The notes under the pieces are model-generated. The model saw only the letters and a program-made list of their open reading frames with translations, did no database searches and was not told the origin of the DNA. A stretch of DNA of 64,000 nucleotides from Narcine bancroftii (Eukaryota). Positions within the stretch are counted from its first letter, which is position 1, and each line of letters opens with the position of its first letter. The stretch spans positions 94,550,001 to 94,614,000 of the forward strand of contig NC_091478.1 in the NCBI RefSeq assembly GCF_036971445.1, read 5' to 3'. The position numbers were made by a program, and so were the translations under genes. This document shows, in pieces, positions 1-12,635 of this stretch.

Positions 1-72
1 GCCTGCAGCTGACGTGGACTTTTTTACCCCCTCCATAAATCTTCGTCCGCGAAGCCAAGCCAAAGAAAGAAA
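1..72 (+). mobile_element. 3' end of RTE-clade LINE (truncated by window edge)
   Basis: GCCTGCAGCTGACGTGGAC...CTTCGTCCGCGAAGCCAAGCCAAAGAAAGA closely matches the reverse complement of part of the insert at 38371-38485, which encodes an RTE-like C-terminus. Confidence 0.7.
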
Positions 73-719
73 CTATTTATCAAGTATTCCTTTGCTTACC
101 CAAATGCAATTTCACTGCTCTGGGTTGAATTCTAGCCTATTGGATAACTGAAATCTCCTTTGCAGTTTGCATCTAAAAAGAGAATTTTATCAATTAAGTG
201 AACCTATGGTCTAAATCTGTTGATTGTTCAAACTCTTTTTAGGGATAACAGTGAAACTGGATACTTCCTTCTATAAATGACTTTCTGAACAAAAGATATA
301 TCAGATGTCAATATAACTGCATACATTCTTTTTGTATGTATAAGGATGAGGAAGTTATGATGGAACTACAAGCTCTCCCTTCCACCCCCAGTATGATTTG
401 AATAGGTTTCCTTGTGTGGAAAATGTTAATAGGCATAATGAAACACCAAATTAAATTTAGCTTCCAAGTAGGGAAGATGTGCTACACTTTTTCTAAAATG
501 AATTTTTGGTTAACAGTAAAAAGCATCAGCTTGATATCAAAAGGGGAACTGGCCAGATGTGTACCACTGCAATGACCACTGTCCTCAATGTCACTCAGAA
601 AGACCATGAAGACAGAAAATTTGCTTACTATTCCATTTTTCTCCTCTTCTCTCCTAACATTAAATTAATACCTCAAAATAAATTGGGATGGGAGGGGGGT
701 GTTACATTGATGTTCGAAG

Positions 720-2697
720 AGAATGAAAGGAGGGAATGTGTTGAAATACAACTGGAAATAGGTAAGGCATGTTACGATAATTATGGATAATTATGTTACG
801 ATAACATGGAAAAGTCATGGCGGTACAGGAACGCAGGATAGCTTTTTGAAGCAGCTTGTTGATAAACCCACCAGGGGATTGGCTGTTTTGGAATGAGTGC
901 TGTGTAATGAACTGGAGATGATTACAGAGCCTACGTTAAAGGAAACCTTAGGAAGCAGTGATCACACTTTGAAATTTGGAAAGGCGAGGCTGGAGTTCAA
1001 TGTGTTGATATTTCAGTAAAGGAAATTGCAGTTGCACGAGAGAGGAACTGGCCAAAGTCAATTAGAAAAACACACGAATGGGGAAGACAGCAGATCAGCA
1101 ATGGCTGGAGTTTTTGCGCGAAATGAGGAAAATGGAGGACAGGCATGTACCAAAAAGAAAGAAAATTGTAAATGGAAAAAATGAGACAATTGTGGCTGAC
1201 AAAAGAAGTTAAAGCCAAAGTAAAAGAGAGAGTAAACAAGGAAGGAAAAATAAGTGGGAAGATAGAACTCTGGAAAAACTTTTAAAGATCTGAAGACAAT
1301 TAAGATGGTGTCTAGAAAGGAAAAGATGAATTATGGAAGGAGGTTAGTAAGTAATATCAAAGAGGAATCTAAAAGCTTTTTTAAATATATGAAGAATAAA
1401 AAGTGACCAAAGTAGAAAATGACGCTGGAGAAATTGTAATTGGAGACAAGGAGATTGCAGAGGGACTGAATGAATATTTTGGATCTGTCAAGATCGCGAG
1501 AGAGAAGGTACTTGAGAAGCTAAATGGTCTAAGGTTTTAAGTTTCCCGAACTGGATGGAATGCATCCTCGGGTTCTGAAGGAGGTAGATTGTGGAGGCAT
1601 TGGTATTAATCTTCCAGGAATCAATGGAGTCTGGCACGGAAGGATCGCAAATGTCACTCCACTGTTTAAGAAGAGAGCGAAGCAGCAGAAAGAAAATTAT
1701 AGAGCTATTAGCCTGACATCGATGCTGTTGGAGTCAATTGTAAAGAATGAGATGACAGAATACCTGGAGATGCATGAATAGAGAGGCCCAAATCAGCATG
1801 GCTTTCTTAAAGGAAAATCATGCCTGACAAATTTATTGCAATTTTTTTAAGAAATCACAAATAGAATCACAACAGTGGATGTTGTGTATTTGGACTTTCA
1901 AAAGGACTTCAACAAGGTGCCATACATAAGGCTGCTAAACAAGCTGAGAGCCCATGAAATTCCTGGAAGGATATTCGCATGTCTAGAGCACAGGATGGTC
2001 AGCAGAAACAGTATAGGAATAAAGGAATCTTATTCTGGTTAGCTACCAGTTACCAGTGGAGTTCTTCAGGGGTCAGTGTTGGGACCACTTCTCTTTATGT
2101 TGTATATAAGTAATTTGGATTATGAAATTGATGGCTTTGTTTCAAAATTTGCAGATGATACTAAATAAAAAGTAGTAGGAGAGGTGGTGCTGAGGATACC
2201 GAAAGGATGCAGAGTGATTTGGATAGATTAGGAGAATGGGTAAAGAGTTGGCAGATGAAATACAATGTTGAAAAGCGTACAGACGGTTGAAGAAATAGAC
2301 GGGCAGACGATTATTTAAATGGGGAGAAAATTCAAAATTTGGAGGTGCAAAGGGACTTGGGAGTTCTCAAGCAGGATACCCTAAAGGTTGACCTACAGAT
2401 TGAGTTGGTTGTAAAGAATGAAAGTGCAATGTTGGCATTCATTTCTAGAGGGATAGCATACAAGAACAGAGATGTAATGTTGACACTCTATAGGGGATTG
2501 GTGAGACCTCACTTGGAGTACTGTGCACAGTTTTGGGCACCGTAGTTGAGAAAAAAAGCATGTTGGTATTGAGGGTGTTCAAAGAAGATGATACCAGGAA
2601 TGAAAAAGTTAGTACATGAGGAACTATTGTCAGCTCTTAGTCTGTATGCGCAGGGAGTACAGAAGGATGAGGGGGGGAACCTCAAAGGCATTTTGAA
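720..2697 (+). mobile_element. CR1 LINE, degenerate ORF2 (5' part; continues at 6809-7110)
   Basis: Fragments HPRVLKE, ANVTPLFKK, NYRAISLTS, FADD and LVRPHLEYCAQFWAP; many stops and frameshifts. Confidence 0.9.
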
Positions 2698-5600
2698 GGG
2701 GTGTGTGGCTGAGAAGATGTGTTTCTCTGAGCTCTCCAAGAAAATCTTCTAAAAGATGACCAAGCATTTTCAACTACAAAAGTGTGGATACATCTTTTAA
2801 TATTGAAGAATGACTGGAAGATCCCACAGGAAGAAGCCAAAATCCGTGATGGAAAAAGCTCCAACCTCGCCAATTGCCTCGACGGAAAGTGCGGGTGGAG
2901 ATGCCTCTTCCTCTCAACAAACACCAGACTTTGAAACTCTGCTGCAAGAGATTGGAGGTCTGGGTCAACATTTTAAAAGTGTGGAAAATTCCATTAACGA
3001 TCTTACCACTACAGTAAGAGATGTGGATTGAAGTTATTAATAATTTAAATGAAAGAGTGGACAGAGCAGAGAAAGATCTTGGCAAACACGATAAACAAAT
3101 CAAAGAACTAAAGAAACAAGCTGAACAATGGGTGACAGATAAGCAGCTTGTTTTGGACAGATTGAATCATATGGAGAACTTCAGTCGGAGGAACAATATG
3201 TGAATTGTTGGCCTGAGAGAAGGTGCAGAAGGCAGAGATGCCATGAAATTCTTCGAGACTTGGATCCCTCAAGTCCTTTGTATCGATGAACTATGAAGAG
3301 GAACAGTGAAGCAGATGGTGAAAGACTGTAAGTAAGATATTTAAGGACATAGTAAAGTTTTTTTTGTGTGGTGGTCATCTTAATTTTTATGGCGGAATGT
3401 CAAAGCTTTATCCTATCTACGTCTCGGGAGGCTTAGAGAATGGAAAGAAGGTTCATAAGGTACAGCATGGTACAACTCTGGCTTAAGGGGCAATGGTATC
3501 AATGGGGAGATAGCTTTCAAAATGGCACTTTAGGGTGGGGTTCTTCTTTCTTGCTGAAGGCTTTCACTGGCTTTTCTTCATGGGACTTGGGGACTTCCTG
3601 TCCTTGTCATCGCCGGGGTGGAGGTTGCATGATTTTAGGGCGAGGTCACAGATCACAAAATGTTTTATATACTTGTATATTTGCACAGAATTTTTAAATA
3701 TGTTATTATGGATAAGACATTGAAGTTTATAAGTTTTAACGGCAATAGTTTGAACAGAATGGTAAAAGGGATAAGAATACAGTCATATTTAAAAAAGATA
3801 AAAGCTGACATAGTATTTATCCAAGAAATACATCTTACTAAAGTGGAACAGGACAAATTGAGGCGATTATTGGGGGAAGCGTGGGGGCAGGTCTTCTCTT
3901 CCTCATTCAATTAGAAAGCAGCGGGTGTGGCAATTTTGATTAATAAGAATGTCCCAATCACTGTAGAAAATGTCTCCATGGACCAAGCGGGTAGATATGT
4001 AATGATAAATGGCAAACTTTACTCAGAATCATGGACGTGAATGAATATTTATGCCCCGAACTATGACGACGAGGTCTTTATGAAGGATGTATTTTTAAAA
4101 GCCGCAGAGGGAAGGAAAAGTATATTGATTAGAGGGGATTTTAATTTTTGTTTGGATCCGATCCTAGATAAATCAGCAAAAACAGTAACAAGAGCCAAAG
4201 CAACTAACTCTCATATATGAAAGATTTAAACTTGATGGATGTATGGAGGTAGTAGTCTAACCCTAAGGAGAGAGATTATTCATTTTATTCAAAAAAATGT
4301 GACTCACATAACAGAATAGATTTATTTTTGCTAATCGTCGAGTCTGAAAGATCGAGTAGTAAAAATTGAATACTTACCTTGGCTGCACTCAGATCACTCG
4401 CGGCTAACCTTGGTAATACAATTATCAGAGATGCAGGAAAATAATACAAATGGTGACTAAATATGATGTTACTAAAAAGGGAGGATTTTAAACATATACA
4501 ACAGATTGAACTTTTTTGTAAAACTAATTTGGTATCAAAGGACAATAACTTTCTAATATGGGATATGCTTAAGACATATTTGAGAGGACAAATTATTTCA
4601 TAAACAAAAAAGATTTAAAAAATTTAATGCAGAAATAAATAAATTGGAGGTGGAAAAGGACGGGAAATAAAAACAAATATAGATCACTGGAAAATAAGGA
4701 AATCCAATACAATGGCTTACAAACATATAGAATAGAAAAGACTATTTTAAATACAAAACAGAAAGAGAGCATAAAGTATTATCGTGGCAACTGAAGGCTG
4801 AAGAATCAGCAAGAGATATAAATGCTACACAAAATGAAAATGAGACGATTACATACAATCAAAAAGAGATAAATGAAACATTTCAATAATATTACAAAAC
4901 TTTATATAAATCTGACTCGCTGGGGTGGGGGGGGGGGGGGGGGGGGGGGGGAGGGAGAGAGAGATGAGGCCGAAATAGATAAGTTCTTAGATGAAGTGGA
5001 ACTCTTGAAGTTGAATGAAGAAGACAGACAGGAATTAGATTTACCAGGGAAGAAATTGAAAAAACTCTGGGGACGCTTCAAGCGAACAAAGCCCCGGCCG
5101 AGGATGGATTTCCAGTCGAGTTTTATAAAGAATTTAAAGAGCTGGTTTATGGATGTAATAGAACAAGCAGTGAAAACCCAGAAATTACCAGATTCCTTCC
5201 CAACAGCAATAATTACTGTGTTGCCCAAAAAGAACAGAGATCCTATGAAAACTTCATATTATCGACCAATATCTCTTTTCAGTGGAGATTACAAAATAAT
5301 AGCAACTGCATTAGCAAACAGATTGGGACAATTTTTACCTAAATTAATTCATGTAGATGAAGCAGGATTTATTAAAGGGAGGCAAGCGTCAAATAACTTG
5401 GCATGACTATTTAACATAACACACTTAGCTCAGTCAAGGAAGGACCCCAATATAGTAGTAACTCTAGATGCAGTAAAGGCATTTGACAGACTTGAGTGGC
5501 CTTTTCATTTAAAACATTGGAAAAGTTAGGTATTGGTTGAGGATTTATAAATTGGGTTAAGGCTTTATACCAACTCCACAGGCAAAAATAATAACTAATA

Positions 5601-6808
5601 ACCAGACATCAGCCGTTCAAGCAGGCAGGGCTGCCCCCTTTGTCCAGCACTATTTGTTAAGGTGATAGAACCTCTAGGGGGGGGGGGGGGGGGAATCCTA
5701 AAACGAAAGGCTTTGAACAGACAAGTTCAACACAAGATTAGTTTGTTTGCTGATATGATAAACTGCTGGATGTAGCTGAACCCGAAGGTTCGATGGAGAA
5801 ATTACAGGAAATTTTAATAAAATATGGGAGTGAAATAAATATGGAAAAAAGTGAAGCACATTAAAGTAAACGATATCCTTCAATGGAAAAACAATGGGAT
5901 TAAATATTTAGGAATCTTTCTTGATAACAATTTGAACAATTGAATTACTCTCTCTTATTGGCAAAAATAGAAAAGATTTGCAGAAGAGGAAGGACCTACC
6001 CCTGACCTTAATAGGAAGGGTTAACTGTATTAAAATGAAGATCCAATATTTATTCCAATCAATACCAATGTATTTAACAAATAAGTTTTTAAAATAATAA
6101 ATGGTTTGGTTAGGTAATTTTTATGCTTCAATAAAGTGCTGGGGATAGCACTGGATAAATTGAAGTGGGACTACAAATCAGGGGGTTTGAGGCTTCTGAA
6201 TTTTAGGAAATACTACCTGGCTTCACAGCTGAGGTTTTTGGCATTCTTTTTTGAATCGCAATCACGAATTGGGTACATATGGTGCTACACAGGTTGGAGG
6301 AAGCAACACCCAAATATTTTATTTACAGGTGAAACTAATTAAGTGTGGCGACGCACTCTCTCTTGGCGAACCGGCCCCGCGTGTAACGCCACGTGGCGGG
6401 GCAGCCATGGGAAGGTGGCGCTGTCAGGGTTTCTCCCTGCCTCAAGACTCCTGCCCAGTGCGCGCCTGGGGCAGCGATTATGACGTCACAATCCACGAAG
6501 TGACTGAACTCATGCTGCCCTTAAAGGGGCGCGTGCTGAATTTGAATAAAAACAGTCTTTAATGACTTTCAATGTGGTGGCTGAGTCTTTGTTGGCATGT
6601 CCAGCCCTACATAAGAATGGTTTTGCTTTGTTTTGGAATTTTTATATTGCTTTGTATGTAAATTGTACTTTTTGCATTTTTATAAGAAAAAAAGAAAGAG
6701 TAGAAGGTCTATATATTTATTTGTAAGTGGTATATAGATTATATTGGTATATATATGTAAAGAATGTATAAGTGATATGTGTTTGAAAACCAAAAAATAT
6801 TTAAAAAT
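2698..6808 (+). mobile_element. L1/Tx1-clade LINE with 5' end, inserted in CR1; internally deleted
   Basis: ORF1 coiled coil and ENFSRRNN; ORF2 endonuclease (ADIVFIQEIHL) and RT (YRPISL..DYKII); A-rich tail; 13-bp TSD AAGGCATTTTGAA at 2685-2697 and 6809-6821. Confidence 0.9.
6344..6611 (+). mobile_element. Solo LTR (Gypsy-like, 268 bp)
   Basis: TGT...ACA termini, TSD TAAG at 6340-6343 and 6612-6615, internal AATAAA, CpG-rich. Confidence 0.85.
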
Positions 6809-7110
6809 AAGGCATTTTGAATGCTGAAAGGCCTGGACAGATTAGGTGTGGCAAAGATGTTTCCCATGGTAGGGGATTCTAGGACAAGAGGGCATAATTT
6901 CAGGATAAAAGGGCATCAATTTAAAACAGAGATGTGGAAAAATTTATTTAGTCCGAGGGTCGTAAGTCTGTGGAACTTGTTGCCAGAGGCGGCAGTGGAA
7001 GCCGAGTCCTTGGATGTATTGAAGGCAGAGATTGACAGATATTTGATTAGTCAGGAGCAGACTCGATGGGCCAATGGGACTACTTCTTGCGATCTTGTGA
7101 AATAAGTGCA
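6809..7110 (+). mobile_element. CR1 3' end (continuation of 720-2697)
   Basis: SRTRGHNFRIKG...FSPRVVSLWNLLP, the CR1 ORF2 C-terminus. Confidence 0.85.
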
Positions 7111-7175
7111 GAATAAAATCTGAATGAACAAATTGATGCCAGCAAACACTGCTCAAGATTTTAACTGATTCCCAC

Positions 7176-7307
7176 CTTGATCTGCTGCCAGAGTAAGAGC
7201 TGTGCCTGGAGGAATGGCTGGAATACGAACTGCAAGAAGATGACCGTGAATGTGACCGTGATCTTGATGACCCAGACCCCGAATAGGAAGAAGAACGAGA
7301 TGAAGAC
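7176..7307 (-). CDS. ZC3H18: ZC3H18 internal exon (132 nt, phase 2-2), Ser/Arg-rich
   Basis: ttttatcag|G...TCAAG|gtggga; encodes (R)SSSRSSSYSGSGSSRSRSHSRSSSCSSYSSHSSRHSSYSGSRS, matching the human ZC3H18 RS region as I recall it; in frame with the upstream exon. Confidence 0.93.
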
Positions 7308-7419
7308 CTGATAAAAAAATTGTTAAAAAGCAAAGTTTACTTCAAAACATCATTGCTTTGTGAAATACATTTTATTGCATGATCCCAAAATCTCTCATAA
7401 CTTTCCCATAGAACTAAAA

Positions 7420-7975
7420 AATACTTGAGCATAAAAATAGCCCCTTCTGCCCATTTAGTCTGTGCTAAACTATTTATCCACCAAATCCCATTGACCTGTA
7501 TCTAGACTATAGGCCCCATACCCCTCCCATCCATGTACTAAGCAAATTTCTCTCAAATATTGAAATTAAACCTGCATCCATCACCTCAATGGACAACTCA
7601 TTCCACACTCACTTCTTTGAGTGGCGATCCCCCTAATGTTCCCCTTAAACAGTTAACCTTTCACTCTTAACACATCCTCTTGTCTTGTCTCACCCAACCT
7701 CAGTGGAAAAAGTCTGCTTGCATTTATGTAATCTATACCCCTCTTAATTTTGTATAACTCTATCAAACCTCCCCTCATTCTCCAATGCTCTAGGGAATAA
7801 AGTCCTAACCTATTCAACCTTTCCATATAACTCAGTTCCTCTTTCAATCTTATTGATATCCTTTCTGTAATTGGATGGCCAAAACTGCACAAAGTAGTAC
7901 AAAATTGGCCTCACCAATGTTTAAAACAATTTCAACCACATCCCAATTCCTGTATTCAATATCTTGATCTATGAA
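7420..7975 (-). mobile_element. CR1 3' fragment
   Basis: LSYMERLNRLGLYSLE..RMRGGLIELYKI. Confidence 0.85.
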
Positions 7976-8572
7976 GGAATTTTCCAAGATTACAAGGTTT
8001 GTCGAGGCAACAAATATCGAACACATCTAATAGTTTCATCACAAAAAGTCAAATGGGTGCCAAAAATATGCAAAGGATCACATCTCTGTTACGGAAAAGC
8101 TGGAAAAAAAAATCTGAATTCCAAGTTACTGGATACATTCAAATCTAAAGAAACATTCTCCCCTCTGCCCTGTCAAATTATTTCTGCTTATTCAAATAGC
8201 GATACTTTGAAGTCTGAATGGAACATACAATCCACGAGTACTTAGCTCATGTTGTTGTTCTCTGGACATTCCCATCCCACTGCAAGTCACAAGAGCCAAA
8301 TGCAGCACCCTCATGTAAACAGCTGAAGTCGTGTAGGTCAGGTGAACAATCTGAAGAAGACTCAGGACTCATATACTATGTTGCAGTGAATTAATGAACC
8401 CGCAAAGTTTAGCCATCTAATCAACAAGTTCTCAATTAATTTTTGGATGGATGTAACAATAAAAGATCACTAATCACAGATGGTGTAGTAAAAGGATATG
8501 ATGATGCCTTGACTTTAAAATGGTGAAAGACAGTGGACAGAAGTTAGTTGTGTTTTTGATTGAAAGGTCTAC

Positions 8573-8761
8573 CTTGATGAGCCAGACACCGAAACCGATG
8601 AGCCAGATGTTCTTCTTCGTTTGCGCCCACGCCCTGGTGATGCTGTGGAAACAGGCCTTTTTTTGGGTGACTTGGATCGGCGCCAGGGATCCTTCCATTC
8701 ATCTGCCCGTTTCACTGCAGTCGTTGGAACTGCTTCTTTCTTGGGTGCTTCTACTTGGCGA
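8573..8761 (-). CDS. ZC3H18: ZC3H18 internal exon (189 nt, phase 2-2)
   Basis: tcttttctag|T...TCAAG|gtagac; encodes RQVEAPKKEAVPTTAVKRADEWKDPWRRSKSPKKRPVSTASPGRGRKRRRTSGSSVSVSGSS; KRADEWKDPWRRSKSPKK is characteristic of ZC3H18. Confidence 0.95.
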
Positions 8762-8884
8762 CTAGAAAAGACATTAATGGTGAGATCATGGTTTTTAAAC
8801 TCTTACTAATGCTGGATACTTATAGATCATACTCCAGGTCTTGGACCTTCAGTATTTTGAGGAAGGATCCCAAATGGAAATCAG

Positions 8885-9808
8885 CGGTGAGCAGGGTGTT
8901 GGTCCGTGCTGGGCCCGCAACTGTTCATGATATACATTAATAATCTGGAAGAGGGACCGAGTGCAGTGTATCTAAATTTGCTGATGACACTAAATTGAGT
9001 GAAAAAGCAAATTGTTAGTAAATGTATGGTTATCTACTTTGGAAGGAAAAATGGAAGATCAGACTATTATTTAAAAGGCAAGCGATTGCAACGTGCTGCC
9101 GTACAGAATAACTTGCGAGGGCTTATGCATGAATTGCAAAAGGTTGGTTTGCTGGTACAGCAGGCTATAAAGAAGGTAAATGGAACGTTAGCTAGAGGGA
9201 TTGAATTTAGGAGCAGGGAGGTTCCACTGCAACTGTACAAGGTACTAGGAAGGCTGCATCTGGAGTACTCCATGTAGTTCTGGTCTCCTTACTCAAGGAA
9301 GGATGTCCTGGCTTTGGATACAGTCCAGAGGAGGTTCACTAGGCTAATTCTAGGGGAGTAGCCTATGATGAGAGATTGAGTCGCCTGTGGCTGTACTTAC
9401 ATGAATTTAGAAGAATGAGAAGGGATCTTACGGAAGTGTATAAATTTCTGAAAACCATAAAGATAGAGGTAGGCAAGTTATTCCCATGGTGGGGGAGGCT
9501 AGAACTAGGGGATATAGCCTCAAGATCCAGGGTAGTAGATTCAGGATGGAGATGAGGAGGAATTAAATTTTCCAGAAGGTGGTAAATCTATGGAATTTAC
9601 TGCTCATTGAAGCAGTGGAGGCAACCTCAGTAAATATATTTAAGAAAAGGTTGGATAGATTTTTACAAAGTAGGGGAGTTAATAGGTATGGGGAAGAGGC
9701 AGGTAGGTGAAGATGGTCATCAGATCAACCATGATCTCATTGAATGGCAAAGCAGGCTCGATGTGCAGGATGCCCTACTCTTGCTCCAATTTCTTATTTT
9801 CTTATGTA
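8885..9808 (+). mobile_element. CR1 3' portion
   Basis: KFADDTK, LYKVLGRLHLEY, CR1-type 3' UTR. Confidence 0.85.
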
Positions 9809-9852
9809 AGCTTGAAGCATCATCTCTTCAAGCTTGCTGAGTTTTCCCAGTA

Positions 9853-10011
9853 CAGTAAAACCTCTGGTAACCAGCACAAATGGGGATTAGTAAATCCTGG
9901 ATAATCAAATTCTACTGTTGCTTGAGATTGTGTGTTGGATGTATTGGTGAATTTATTTTTGCAATTTTTTTTGGCCAGTTGATTGAATTCTGGATAACAG
10001 GGATTTTACTG
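9853..10011. mobile_element. Tc1/mariner-pogo (Tigger-like) MITE
   Basis: TA|CAGTAAAACC...GGATTTTACTG|TA terminal inverted repeats. Confidence 0.75.
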
Positions 10012-10459
10012 TATTTAGTCTTTATTTCAAATCTCTAGCAAACTTTTTTCCTCCAAATTTTTACTCAAAGTTCATTGATTCTTGCATTATTTTGCTTCCC
10101 CAAATATACATTTTACCTTTCCTGATAGTTTAATGTAGCAATGGTCATCTGGTTACCAACTATTTTCCATTATTTCATCTCAAACAAGCTTATTCAGCAA
10201 GACCCAGGAATAAAATAGTGAATTGAACAAGACTCAGCTTATCACAAATCATCATATTTGCTTCAAAAGAAATAGTTACACCTTTTGAAATGTCTTTCTG
10301 CACACTCCTATTCCTTCATGGACCACTGCATGTTGCTTTTTTAAAAAATGAGGGTTCTGAGATGCTTGCTATTTTGAATGAGCATGAAAAAGAAAACAAT
10401 GAAGTTAAAACATTGAACAGCACAGGAACAGGGCCTTCAGGCTACAATGTATGCGTCAA

Positions 10460-11795
10460 GCATTTTATAATTTTTTAATTTAATACTTCACCATGAACCA
10501 TGAACAATATATACAAATATTCAGCATTAAAATATTCACAATTTCATTTCATTCCCCCACCTTCCCATCCCTATAACTTAAACCAAGAAATGAAAGAAAG
10601 AAAAAAAAACAGTAGAAGAACACAAAGGAGAAGAAAAATAGTGTTGACCAAAATATCATATTTAATTATTTCCGTGCTTGTATCTTATCACTTAGAGAGA
10701 TGGAGGTCTGAAATTGGCGGATCCTAATATACTCTATGGATAGCTCCCAAATTTATTCAAATAAAGCACATTTGTCTTTTAGATTGTAGGTATTTTTTTC
10801 TAATGGAATACACTTGTTCATTTCTTTGTACCATTGCTGTGATAGCCATTTAAAAGGGGATTTCTTTTTACATTTTGTATAATCAACTTTGTTCATTGGC
10901 ATCACTTCACTTTTATCAATATTAACCTTGTATCCTGATATCACCCCATATTCTTTCAATTTTGTATATAGCCTGGTAAACACAAGCAATCTGATACCTA
11001 GGTATTAAACTAAATAATCTAGGCCATCTATACAAACTAAATTATCAGCCATTAATGAAGAAAATACAAGACGACTTAGAATATTGGAAAGATTTACCAC
11101 TAACACTGATAGGAAGGGTAAATTAGATTAAAATGAATATCTTCCCAAGAATACAATACCTATTCCAATCGTTACCAATTCACCTAACAGAAAAATTCTT
11201 CAAGGAGCTAAATAATAAGGAAATTTTTATGGAAAGGGGGGAAACCGAGGATAGCGCTAGATAAATTAACAGAATGGTACAAACATGGGGGCTTACAGCT
11301 ACCAAACTTTAAGAATTATTAGAGAGCAGCATAATTAAGATACCTATCAGATTTTTATCAAACAAGGGAAAAACCAGATTGGACCAGATTAGAGCTAGAT
11401 AAAATTTCCATTAATCTCCAATGGGTTATAGGAGATCTGTTTATCCTCCTTCCTTGTTGCTATGATAGTTCTTATGGTTGTTCGGTTTTTAGTTGCCAAG
11501 CCAATATTTTGTGGGTTTTCTCTCCTAATTCATAATATCTTTGCTTTGTTTTCATACTGTTTTCCTCCACTTTGTATATTTGCAATATTTCATATTTTAA
11601 TTTTTTTCTATGCCAATTCTCTCTTTTTCTCTCTACCCTTCTCATTAAATCTTTTTCTATAGTTACTATCTCTTTTTCCAACTGTTCTATTTCCCAAACA
11701 TATTCTTTTTTAATCTTGGTTGTGTAACTAGTTATTTATCCCCAATAAAGGCCTTCATTGCATCCCATAATATAAATTTGTCTGTTACCAAATTT
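10460..11795 (-). mobile_element. Rearranged L1/Tx1 fragment with internal inversion (10985-11403 on +)
   Basis: Same family as 35680-41475; minus-strand YELGEKTHKILAWQLK and SGYKVNIDKSE; plus-strand segment with the YLG and FPRIQYLFQ motifs. Confidence 0.85.
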
Positions 11796-12019
11796 GTATT
11801 TGGATATTCACTTTATCCATGCCCTTCATGATTTTCTTAACATATTGCAAATCACACCTTTTAGCCTCCTATGCTCCATGGAATAAAAAACCACCCATTC
11901 AACTTCTCCCTATCACTGAAGCCCTCCAGTCCTGGTAACAGCCTGGTGAATCTCTCCTGAACCCCTCCAAACTGTTGACCTCCTTTCTATAGCTAAGATG
12001 CACACAGTACTCTGAAGTC

Positions 12020-12635
12020 TGGTTGAGATGACACCACTATTGTTGGGTGAATTATGGAAATAACAAGCCAGAATGGAGAATTGTGTGGTCCCAGAACAAC
12101 AAACGTGCTCTCAAAGTGAACAAGACCAAGTAACTAATTGTTGATTTTGGGAAGGAGGTGGGAAGAGTTCTGGGAGTCAATATTTCAGAAGACCTTTCCT
12201 GGGGCCAACACATTTAGGCAACCGTGAAGAAGGAGCACCAACACCTCGACTTTCCTGCGGAGATTTGCATGATGTTGGATACTCCATTAAACTTCTATAG
12301 GTGCACTGCTGAGAGTATACTGGCTGATTGAAAACAGACTGGATTGGCAATTCAAACACAGCCAGATCCATCAAATGTGCTGATGTCCCATCCATTGCAG
12401 ACATCTATGGGAGGCATTGCCTCAAGACAACCAACATCATTATGGCTCCCATCATACTGGGCACAACCTTTTCTCACTGCTACCTTAAAGCAAAAGATGC
12501 AGAAGACTGAAGTCCAGCTCCTTGAACTGGAGAACAGTTTTTTTCAAAACAGCTAACAAACTCTTGAACCTCTCCATGAAACACTTATTATAGACTGCTC
12601 CGAAGACTCAAAAACACTGTCTGCACTATTGCAAG
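12020..12635 (+). mobile_element. Rex1/Babar LINE 3' part (tail resumes at about 13622-13760 after the LTR)
   Basis: Degenerate DDTTIVG, NNxxLxVNKTK and FYRCTAESIL motifs. Confidence 0.7.
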
